Source: an uncultured Candidatus Kuenenia sp.
GTDB taxonomy: Bacteria; Planctomycetota; UBA11346
DNA length: 64,000 bases
Direction of reading: 5' to 3'
Assembly: GCA_964654285.1 (NCBI GenBank)
Contig: CAZZJC010000017.1
Span: forward strand, 16,527 to 80,526
In this document: positions 46,419 through 54,386 of the stretch, piece by piece
How positions within the stretch are numbered: position 1 is the stretch's first letter
How the letters are laid out: every line of letters begins with the position of its first letter
Program-made: the position numbers and the translations under genes
The notes under the pieces: generated by a model
What the model saw: only the letters and a program-made list of their open reading frames with translations
Told to the model about the DNA's origin: nothing
The model's database searches: none

Positions 46419-48335
46419 ATGCCCGCCCTGCGCATCATCGACGGCCCCGGAAAAGGGATGGTGGTTCCGCTCGATTCCGGCGCGAAGGTGACGCTCGGCC
46501 GCGACGCCGGAAACCACCTGCCCCTCGCTGACGCCAAGGCCAGCCGCGTCCACGCCGAGGTGGTCAACGAGCATGGCCGCTGGCTGGTGCGCGATCTCGG
46601 CTCGTCGAACGGCACCTGGAACGAATCCGGCCGCATCGAGACCATGCCGCTGGGCGACGGCGCGACCTTCCGCATCGGCCAGACCTTCCTCCGTTTCGAA
46701 TCGCGGGCGCCCTCGGCCAAGGACAAGGCGGTCGGCGGCTTCACCGGCCCAGGCCGGCTGACCGCGCTCGACCACGAAAATTCCACCCTGTTCACCAAGA
46801 CGCGCACGAGCTCGGTGCCCTCCGAGGAATTGCTGCGCATCAACGGCTATCTCGCCGTGCTGCACCAGATCGTGCTGCGCGCCGGCAACCTGCGCTCGCG
46901 CGATGCGCTCTTCGAGCTTCTGGACGAGACCGCCGCCGAGGCCCTGGAAGGGGACCGCTGCGCCGTCTTCCTGCCCGCGCCGCCGGCCGAGGCCAACGAT
47001 CTCGGCGGCTGGGTGCTCTGGCCGACCCACGAGCGCCGCCTGCGCGCGCGTTTCGGCGCGGTGCCGTTCGCGCGCACCCTCCTGACCGCCGTGCGCCAGG
47101 GCGGCGAATCGCTGCTGTGCACCCTGAGCGGCGACCTCGATCCGACCGCGTCCATGGCCGAGGCCGGCGTCACCAGCGCGATGGCGGCCCCGGCCCGCGT
47201 CGGCGGCGAGGTCCACGCGCTGCTCTACGTCGACCGCATCGGCGGCGAGGCGCCGTTCACCCGCACCGATCTCGAGTTCCTCGCCGCGGTGGCGAACCAG
47301 ATCGCGGTTCAGCTCGCCAACCGCGAAAAGGTCGCCGGGCTTGAGGCTGAAGTCCAACGCCTCGCCGCCGCGCCGCGCAAGCACGGCGTCGAACTGGTCA
47401 CCGCCGACGCGTCGATGCAGCCGGTGCTGGCCTTCGTCGCCAAGGCCGCGCCGACCCTGGCACCGGTGCTGATCCTCGGCGAAAGCGGCACCGGCAAGGA
47501 GCTCGTCGCGCGCGCCATCCGCGAACAGTCGCTACGCGCCGACAAGCCGCTGCAGGTCGTGAATTGCGCCGCGCTCGCGGAATCGCTGGTCGAGGCGACC
47601 CTGTTCGGCCACGTCAAAGGCGCGTTCACCGGCGCCGACGAGACCCGGCCCGGGGTGTTCGAACTCGCCGACCAGGCGACGTTGTTCCTGGATGAGATCG
47701 GCGAACTGCCGCTTGCGATCCAGGCGAAGCTGCTGCGCGCGCTCGAACAGGGCGAGGTCCAGCGCCTGGGCGACTCCGCCGTGCGCAAGGTCGACGTGCG
47801 CCTGATCGCCGCCACCAACCGCGATCTCGCGGACGAGGTGCGCAAGGGCCGCTTCCGCGAGGATCTCTTCCACCGCCTCGCCGTGCTCTGCGTCACCATC
47901 CCGCCGCTGCGCGAACGCCCGGCCGACATCGACGCCCTCGCCGACCATTTCCTGCGCTTCAACGCCGAACGCCTGGGCCAGCCGCTCAAGCGCCTCGCCC
48001 CCGAGGCCCGCGCCGCCTTGCTGCGCCATCCGTGGCCCGGCAACGTGCGGCAGCTGCGCAACGCGATCGAACGCGCCTGCATCCTCTCGGCCGACAAGGT
48101 CATCCTGCCGAGCGACCTGCCGCAACCGGCCGGCGCCCCCAGCGAGCGCCCGGCGCCGGGTGGCGACTCCGGTGGTTTCGACACCGGCAGCATCACCACC
48201 CTCGCCGAGGTCGAACGCACCCACATCCTGCGCGTGCTCGACCACTGCGGCGGCAACAAGAAGGCGGCGGCGGAGATCCTGGCGATCGATCGCAGCACGT
48301 TGTACGCGAAGCTCAGGCAGTACGGGAAGCTTTGA
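46419..48335 (+). CDS. Sigma-54-dependent activator with FHA and GAF domains and Fis-type HTH
   Basis: FHA (LGRD..SRVHA..DLGSSNGT), GAF, GESGTGKE, GAFTGA, FLDEIGE, RFREDLFHRL, WPGNVRQL, AAEILAIDRSTLYAKL. Confidence 0.93.
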   Translation: MPALRIIDGPGKGMVVPLDSGAKVTLGRDAGNHLPLADAKASRVHAEVVNEHGRWLVRDLGSSNGTWNESGRIETMPLGDGATFRIGQTFLRFESRAPSAKDKAVGGFTGPGRLTALDHENSTLFTKTRTSSVPSEELLRINGYLAVLHQIVLRAGNLRSRDALFELLDETAAEALEGDRCAVFLPAPPAEANDLGGWVLWPTHERRLRARFGAVPFARTLLTAVRQGGESLLCTLSGDLDPTASMAEAGVTSAMAAPARVGGEVHALLYVDRIGGEAPFTRTDLEFLAAVANQIAVQLANREKVAGLEAEVQRLAAAPRKHGVELVTADASMQPVLAFVAKAAPTLAPVLILGESGTGKELVARAIREQSLRADKPLQVVNCAALAESLVEATLFGHVKGAFTGADETRPGVFELADQATLFLDEIGELPLAIQAKLLRALEQGEVQRLGDSAVRKVDVRLIAATNRDLADEVRKGRFREDLFHRLAVLCVTIPPLRERPADIDALADHFLRFNAERLGQPLKRLAPEARAALLRHPWPGNVRQLRNAIERACILSADKVILPSDLPQPAGAPSERPAPGGDSGGFDTGSITTLAEVERTHILRVLDHCGGNKKAAAEILAIDRSTLYAKLRQYGKL

Positions 48336-48351
48336 CCGGTCCCACCCCGCT

Positions 48352-48415
48352 CCGCCAGGGCTCTGCCCAATGGCGAAAAGCCAACCTGGCGGCAATTCCC
48401 CGGCGAAAGCCGGGG
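48352..48415. terminator. Hairpins between convergent genes (possible bidirectional terminator or REP)
   Basis: ccgccagg (48352-48359)/cctggcgg (48385-48392) and ccccggc-gaaa-gccgggg (48398-48415); no U-tract. Confidence 0.4.
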
Positions 48416-48446
48416 GACGGCTCGTGACCGGACGGATGCGGAAGGA

Positions 48447-50120
48447 CTAACGAGGGACCTGCGCCCAGGTCAGGATCAAGGGGCGTCCACGCAGCGCGAC
48501 CTGGGCCCAGCGGTTCAGGCTGCGCGCCGGGCCGACCAGCGGGGTCGGCAGGAACGACTGCGCCAGGCCGAGCTTGGCTGCAAGACCGCTGCGTTTCGGC
48601 AGACGTTCGAGCGGTAGCGGGTTGGGCTCCTTGGCCAGAGCGCGGGCGCGCGCGACGGCGCTGATCAGGGTGCCGTAGCCATCGGCGAGCTTGCGTTCGA
48701 CCGCCTGGGTGCCGGTGTAGACCTTGCCGCCGGCGAGATCCATCACCACCGCCGCATCGAGCTTGCGGTTCGCCGCCACGATCGCCTGGAAGCGCCGGTC
48801 GGTGTCCTCGACGACCTGGCGCAGGGCGGCGTCCTTGTCGGCGCTCCACGGCGCGAAGGGGTGCAGGTCGGCGCGCGGCGCGGTGGTGACCGGGAAGCGG
48901 TTCAGGCCGATGAGGCCGGCGGTGCCGGTGAGATCGGGCATCAGCGCGAAGACGCCGATCGACCCGGTGATGGTGGCGCGGTGGACGAGCACCTCGCGCG
49001 CACCGCAGCCGATGTAGTAGCCGCCGCTCGCGGCGACCGCGTCGAACAGGGCGACCACCGGCTTCTTCGCATCCAGGCGTCGCACCGCGTGGTGGATGCG
49101 GTCAGAGGCCGACGCGCTGCCGCCGGGCGAGTTGATGCGCAGCACCACCGCGACGATGTGCTTGTCGTCGGCGAGGCGGTCGAGCAGTTCGGCGGTGTCG
49201 ATGCCGGCGATGCTCTCGCCTGGTTCGCTGCCGTCGCCATCGACGATCTCGCCCTCCAGCTCGACCACCGCGACCGCTTTTTCGGCCTTCGCGCTGCGTT
49301 CGCCTTCCAGCAATTGACTCCAGAACGCCATGACCCCGGCGAAGTTGGACAGGTCCGGCATCTTCTTCTTGCCGTCGAGTTCGCGCACCGGCTGGGGCAG
49401 CGCGGCGCGGAACTCGCCAGGCTCGGCGAGGCGGTCGACGAGGCCGGTCTTCAGCGCGATGGCGGAGGTCTGCGGCGCCTGCGCCCGCGCCGCCGCCAGG
49501 CCGGCGACGGTGACCTTCGTCCCGCGCGTGAGCAGGCCGTCCTGGACCTGGGCGAGCGCGGCGGCGAGCTCCTGGTGCTCCTGCTTCGCCGCCTCGCTCG
49601 GCGCGTTGCGGGTGAACATCTCGGGCGCCGACTTCCAGGCGCCGCTCTGCACCGCGTGGAAGCGCACCCCGAGCTTCGCCAGGCCGTCGGCCACGTACCA
49701 GGTCGACAGGTCGAGCCCCGCGACCGCCAGCATGCCGGCCGGCGGCATCACCACCTCGTCGCAGGCCGCCGCCACCGCCATCGCCGCATCGCGGGATTCA
49801 TCGATCAGGCAGACCACCTTCTTGCCGGGATGCGGCTCGCGGAGGATGGCCGCGAGCTCCTCGCAGGCGGCGGTGCCGGCGTCGAAGTCGCTCGACAGGT
49901 CGAGTACGATCGTCGCCTCGGGCGCCTTGAGCGCCTCGCGCAGGCGCATCGTCGCCGTGTGCAGCGACATCCCGCCATCGTCGAAGAGCATCGCCCGGGG
50001 TTTGAGCGGCAGGTCGCCATCGAGCCGCACGATGAGCGAGCCCTTGGGATCGCCCTCCACCTCGGCAGCGGGGGCGGTGGAAAGCAGAACAGCGAAAGCC
50101 AGGAGGAGGGTCGGGCGCAT
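48447..50120 (-). CDS. sppA: Signal peptide peptidase SppA (protease IV, two-domain S49)
   Basis: SGAWKSAPE, LRINSPGGS, AASGGYY, TGSIGV, GKVYTGTQA. Confidence 0.9.
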   Translation of the reverse strand: MRPTLLLAFAVLLSTAPAAEVEGDPKGSLIVRLDGDLPLKPRAMLFDDGGMSLHTATMRLREALKAPEATIVLDLSSDFDAGTAACEELAAILREPHPGKKVVCLIDESRDAAMAVAAACDEVVMPPAGMLAVAGLDLSTWYVADGLAKLGVRFHAVQSGAWKSAPEMFTRNAPSEAAKQEHQELAAALAQVQDGLLTRGTKVTVAGLAAARAQAPQTSAIALKTGLVDRLAEPGEFRAALPQPVRELDGKKKMPDLSNFAGVMAFWSQLLEGERSAKAEKAVAVVELEGEIVDGDGSEPGESIAGIDTAELLDRLADDKHIVAVVLRINSPGGSASASDRIHHAVRRLDAKKPVVALFDAVAASGGYYIGCGAREVLVHRATITGSIGVFALMPDLTGTAGLIGLNRFPVTTAPRADLHPFAPWSADKDAALRQVVEDTDRRFQAIVAANRKLDAAVVMDLAGGKVYTGTQAVERKLADGYGTLISAVARARALAKEPNPLPLERLPKRSGLAAKLGLAQSFLPTPLVGPARSLNRWAQVALRGRPLILTWAQVPR

Positions 50121-50449
50121 GCGCCGCAGGCTGGCTGACGACGTCGGGTGGCAAGAGCGGGACGCGCGTCGGCGTTTACCGAGGATTCGCCAAGAGGTTG
50201 ACCAACCCAGGAACGCCTCCGGTGCCTTAGCAACTGGTCTAGACAGCACAAACGGAGGCCGGTGCGGACCGGGGTCCGTAAATCGAGCTTCTGACCGTCA
50301 ACCTGTCGGTGAATCCTGAATGATCGCGCCTGTTGACCATGATCCCCGCCGAGGTCGGCGTGGCAGCCATTACGACCCTGGGTCGAGAGGCTCTCGTGCG
50401 CGACTGGCAGGACAAAACCCACAGCGCCACCAAAGGTCAAAGCGTGTCT

Positions 50450-50640
50450 GGATTGGGATAGTTATAAATCTATAATGCGTAGATGCTTGAGACGGTTTAT
50501 ATTGCGTTTCAAATATTCATTGACTATATGAAACGACCGTGTTACAAGCGCTATTTACATCCACGGTCCTTCTGGACAAGCTTCAGGGCCTGGAGTGCAG
50601 GATTACCGATTCATCAATTTTAGGGTTCTAAGCCTGGAGC
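50450..50640. promoter_or_regulatory. AT-rich regulatory region upstream of the phc-like cluster
   Basis: Most AT-rich stretch seen in the window; TATAAT at 50471-50476; TTGACT (50520-50525)-17 nt-TACAAG (50543-50548) with an extended -10 TG. Confidence 0.5.
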
Positions 50641-50647
50641 GACGCTT

Positions 50648-51835
50648 ATGGAACTGACACGACGCGAAGCGGTTTCGAACGGCATCCCACGCAGCCTGGT
50701 TCTGTTCGTCGACGACCAGGCCGTGGCGCGGAAGTACTTCAGCATGATGTTCAGCCAGGAATACGAGGTGCTGACAGCCAGTAATGCCGAGGAGGCCTGG
50801 AGGAAGATACAAAGAATCGGGGAACGTATCGCGGTGATCATCACGGATCAGCGCATGGAACCGCATACCGGAGTCGAACTTCTGCAGGCGGTACGCAGAT
50901 CCCACCCGAACATCGTGCGTCTCTTGACCACCAGCTATGGCGATCTCGACGCCGCCATCGAGGCCGTGCGCAGCGGCGAGATATACGCCTACGTCTACAA
51001 GCCCTGGAACATCGAGGAATTCAGCCTGGACATCCGGCGTGCGGTGGAATTGCACCACCTGCAGAAGGAGCGGGACAGGCTGGCCCGGGATCGGGGCCTG
51101 CAGACCTCGTTTCGCGGCTATGCAGAGCGCATCCGGATGTATGGAATCATCGCCGCAGCCTGCGCCGGTCTGCTTGATCGGCCGGTGGCTGCCGTCCTGG
51201 CCTATATCTCCGACAGCCTCCGCCATTTCCGTCTCGTCGCCCAGGACAACGACGCGGGACCCGCCTCGGATGGAGACGACCTGCGTCAGCTCATGACCGG
51301 TGCGAGCGAGATCGGTCGATGGCTGGCGGCGAATCGCCGGGCAGGGGATATGATCGTGAGCGACGCCACGATCGCGGTGATGGATCTCGTGGAGGATCTG
51401 TCGATCCCATTCGAATGCCTGCCCACTTCCCCCAAAGCGCTGGTGGATCGGCGGCTGTTGACGGCAGGGATCCGCGAACTGCTCTTCTTCATCCAGCGTC
51501 TTGCCGCCCGGAACCAACGCTCATCCGACTTCCGCCTGCAGGCCGCAGGTGCGGCCGAGGGAGGGTTCTGCCTCCGGGTGCTTGCCCGTCATGAATCCGT
51601 GGCCGCTTCGCGCCCCAATGCCGAATGCAATCTGCGCCAGATCGAGATCCATGGGATCTGCGCATATTTCGCCATTCTTCATCTCGGAGGAAGCCTGACC
51701 ATCGAAGGATGGTCCGAGGAGGAGACGACGGTCCGCATCCAGCTGCCGCTCCAACCCCCGGCGACGACCAGACGAAGCGATGCGATCGCCGAATTCCACG
51801 AATTCCTGGCCCGGCCCCTGCCGTCGTCCCGCTGA
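50648..51835 (+). CDS. Receiver domain plus degenerate histidine-kinase-like domain (PhcQ/PhcR-like paralog 1)
   Basis: LFVDDQ..KYF, TDQRM, RLLTTSY, YKPW; H-box position reads GIIAAACAGLLDRPV with no His. Confidence 0.85.
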   Translation: MELTRREAVSNGIPRSLVLFVDDQAVARKYFSMMFSQEYEVLTASNAEEAWRKIQRIGERIAVIITDQRMEPHTGVELLQAVRRSHPNIVRLLTTSYGDLDAAIEAVRSGEIYAYVYKPWNIEEFSLDIRRAVELHHLQKERDRLARDRGLQTSFRGYAERIRMYGIIAAACAGLLDRPVAAVLAYISDSLRHFRLVAQDNDAGPASDGDDLRQLMTGASEIGRWLAANRRAGDMIVSDATIAVMDLVEDLSIPFECLPTSPKALVDRRLLTAGIRELLFFIQRLAARNQRSSDFRLQAAGAAEGGFCLRVLARHESVAASRPNAECNLRQIEIHGICAYFAILHLGGSLTIEGWSEEETTVRIQLPLQPPATTRRSDAIAEFHEFLARPLPSSR

Positions 51836-51841
51836 TCCCGT

Positions 51842-52786
51842 ATGCCGAGGCCCCAACCCATGCGATCGCAGTGGATTCCTCCAGACGCAGCGCAATTGCG
51901 GACGATTCCCGGATTCGACGTGCAATGCCTCCTGGGACATGGGGGAATGGGGGCGGTGTACCTGGCCTGGCAGATCGACCGGAATCGTCCGGTGGCTCTG
52001 AAGATCGCCCGGCCGATCGAGGGATCGAGCCGGGCCTACATGGCTCTGGTGGTCCATGAGGCGCAGGTCATGGGACAGCTCGAGCATCCGAACATCGTCA
52101 AGGTCTTCGATTCCGGCAGCAATGGCGACTGGGTCTGGATCGCGATGGAGCTGGTCCAGGGATCCTCACTGCGTGAGATGATCCGCAATCGCCGGACATC
52201 CCAGTCGGTTGCCCTGTCGTTGGCGACGCAGGTGTGCGATGCCCTGCGCCACGCGCATGCGCGGGGCGTCGTCCACCATGATCTCAAACCCGAGAACGTT
52301 CTGGTCGATGCGCAGAACCGGGCGAAGATCTTCGATTTCGGGATCTCCAAGGTGCAGGGATTCTCCTACACCATCGCCCGGCCAGGCCGGATATCCGGAA
52401 CGCTGCGATACATGGCCCCCGAGCAGCGGCTGCATCCACGCGACGTGGACCACCGTATCGACATCTACGCCCTGGGGGTTGTCATGTTCGAGTTGCTGAC
52501 GGGGCGGATCCCAACGGATCCATTCACACCTCCATCACGTTTCGGCGCCTCCAGCGCGAAGTTGGACAGCATCGTCCTGAGATGCCTGGCCAGGAATCCC
52601 AACGAACGCTGGCCGTCGGCGGCGCGTTTGCTCGACGAATTGTGCGATCTGCCCAGCGTGAGCGAGCTGGAGCCATCGCCAATGCCTACGGGTTCGACGA
52701 CGACCTTCGACATCATCATCGAGCCGCCCGTGCCGTGCCTGGAAAACCAGACGACCTCCACCACTCCCAGCCTGTGCCTATGCTGA
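51842..52786 (+). CDS. Hanks-type Ser/Thr protein kinase, cytoplasmic, non-RD
   Basis: LGHGGMGAVY, VALKI, HHDLKPEN, DFG, GTLRYMAPEQ, DIYALG; no TM helix; S/T-rich tail. Confidence 0.93.
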   Translation: MPRPQPMRSQWIPPDAAQLRTIPGFDVQCLLGHGGMGAVYLAWQIDRNRPVALKIARPIEGSSRAYMALVVHEAQVMGQLEHPNIVKVFDSGSNGDWVWIAMELVQGSSLREMIRNRRTSQSVALSLATQVCDALRHAHARGVVHHDLKPENVLVDAQNRAKIFDFGISKVQGFSYTIARPGRISGTLRYMAPEQRLHPRDVDHRIDIYALGVVMFELLTGRIPTDPFTPPSRFGASSAKLDSIVLRCLARNPNERWPSAARLLDELCDLPSVSELEPSPMPTGSTTTFDIIIEPPVPCLENQTTSTTPSLCLC

Positions 52787-52982
52787 AGCACGAGGACGGG
52801 AACCAGCATCACGACCGACGGATCCTGGTCACCAGCAGGCCTCTGCCCGCGTTCGTCATGCACGGGCGGATCGGCCTGCCGCGCACGGCAGGCCCGCATC
52901 GCCGCAACGGGCGGGCCGCATGTGGATGGTTCCGGACCGGCCAGGATCCCACCACGCTCATCGTCAGACGGGATGAACTGCC

Positions 52983-54386
52983 ATGAACAACGTGAACCTG
53001 ACCGAGAGCCTCCTGGTCTTCCAGAACAGCCAGGGCGTCGAGAGTCGCGGCACGATCATGCGCCTTTCCCGCGACATGGTGGTGTTCGAGGTCTACAACC
53101 CGTATTCCATCGTCCAGTTGAGTGAAGTCCTGCGCCAGCTCCGCATCCGTCGGGGTGATCGGGTGATCTATGAGGGAAAAGCCGTCGTCTCCAACCTTGT
53201 CAACACGGGGATGATGCTGATCGTGTCCGCCACTCTGGTTGAACCCTGGCTCACGATGGCGGATCTGGGTCCTGGTGAACCACTGCGCAAGGAGGTTGCG
53301 GATTTCATCTCTGACTGGGAACGGGACTCGCAGGGACTTGTCCCAGATTACCGCTTGAGCGTAAGCAGCATCTCCAGCTTTCTGGAGGAGCTTAATCGTT
53401 GGCTGGCCCAGATCGAGACGGCGGCGGGGATCAATGAGCCCGGTAGCAGACAGGAGTTGGCTCGCGAGTTCGCTGCGGATGTTGAACGCCAGGTTCTGCC
53501 GAAGATTGCGGAATTATTCAACGATTTCGAAAACCGCGCCGCTGTCCTCGATTCCGCGCAGATCCCCACCCACAAAGCCTTCGCCCGACGCCAGCTGCAC
53601 CCGCTCATCATGTGCGCGCCGTTCAATCATCGCACCTTCACCAAGCCGCTGGGATATGCTGGTGACTATGAGATGGTGAACATGATGTTCCGTGATCGAT
53701 GGGAAGGGGCCAGCACCTATGCCAAGATAATCAATGCGTTTCCGATATTGAATGATTGCGCGCAGGCCCATCGAAATCGCATTGACAAACTCATCGGGTA
53801 CCTGACCACCGAGGCCCAAAGGGTCGTCTCCACCGGACGCCCTTTGCGGATTCTTAATGTCGCGTGCGGCCCGGCCATCGAGGTCCAGAAATTTGTGCGT
53901 AGTTCGCCATTTGCCGATCAGTGCCAGTTCCACCTCCTGGATTTCAATGCGGAAACCTTGGCCTATACCCGACGTTGTCTGCAGGACGCGGTGCGTGCTA
54001 GCGGACATCTCCCGGATTTGGTATTCATACACAAGTCGGTGAATGACCTGCTCAAGGAGGCGCGGGGACGGAAGGAGACGACTAGTGACACGTATGATTT
54101 GGTCTACTGCGCAGGTCTCTTCGACTACCTTTCGGATAAGATCTGCGCTCGTCTGGTCGAGCTGTTCGCGCGTTGGACCGCGCCTGGCGGATTGTTGGTG
54201 GTGACTAACGTCCATAAGCGTAATCCTGTGCGGTATTTCATGGAACACCTGCTGGAGTGGTACCTGATCTACCGTGATCACGCCCAATTGCTCACGCTTC
54301 ATTCTGGGAGTGGGAATGCGGAGATAACCGAGGAGTCGACCGGCATAAACATCTTTCTCGAAGTGCGGCTTCCCGCGCAAACATGA
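52983..54386 (+). CDS. phcB: PhcB-like SAM-dependent methyltransferase (3-hydroxy fatty acid methyl ester signal synthase family)
   Basis: N-terminal FQNSQG..RGTI..EVYNPYSIVQLSEVL..GKAVV..VNTG; RTFTKPLGYAGDYEMVN; AHRNRI; ILNVACGPA; YDLVYCAGLFDYLSD. Recognised from memory of the PhcB family; gene order fits. Confidence 0.78.
   Translation: MNNVNLTESLLVFQNSQGVESRGTIMRLSRDMVVFEVYNPYSIVQLSEVLRQLRIRRGDRVIYEGKAVVSNLVNTGMMLIVSATLVEPWLTMADLGPGEPLRKEVADFISDWERDSQGLVPDYRLSVSSISSFLEELNRWLAQIETAAGINEPGSRQELAREFAADVERQVLPKIAELFNDFENRAAVLDSAQIPTHKAFARRQLHPLIMCAPFNHRTFTKPLGYAGDYEMVNMMFRDRWEGASTYAKIINAFPILNDCAQAHRNRIDKLIGYLTTEAQRVVSTGRPLRILNVACGPAIEVQKFVRSSPFADQCQFHLLDFNAETLAYTRRCLQDAVRASGHLPDLVFIHKSVNDLLKEARGRKETTSDTYDLVYCAGLFDYLSDKICARLVELFARWTAPGGLLVVTNVHKRNPVRYFMEHLLEWYLIYRDHAQLLTLHSGSGNAEITEESTGINIFLEVRLPAQT

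Noticed and set aside
46348-46420. Selenocysteine readthrough of the TGA after the CstA RCC tail
   Set aside because: Both Cys positions are already TGC codons, and readthrough would run into the next gene.
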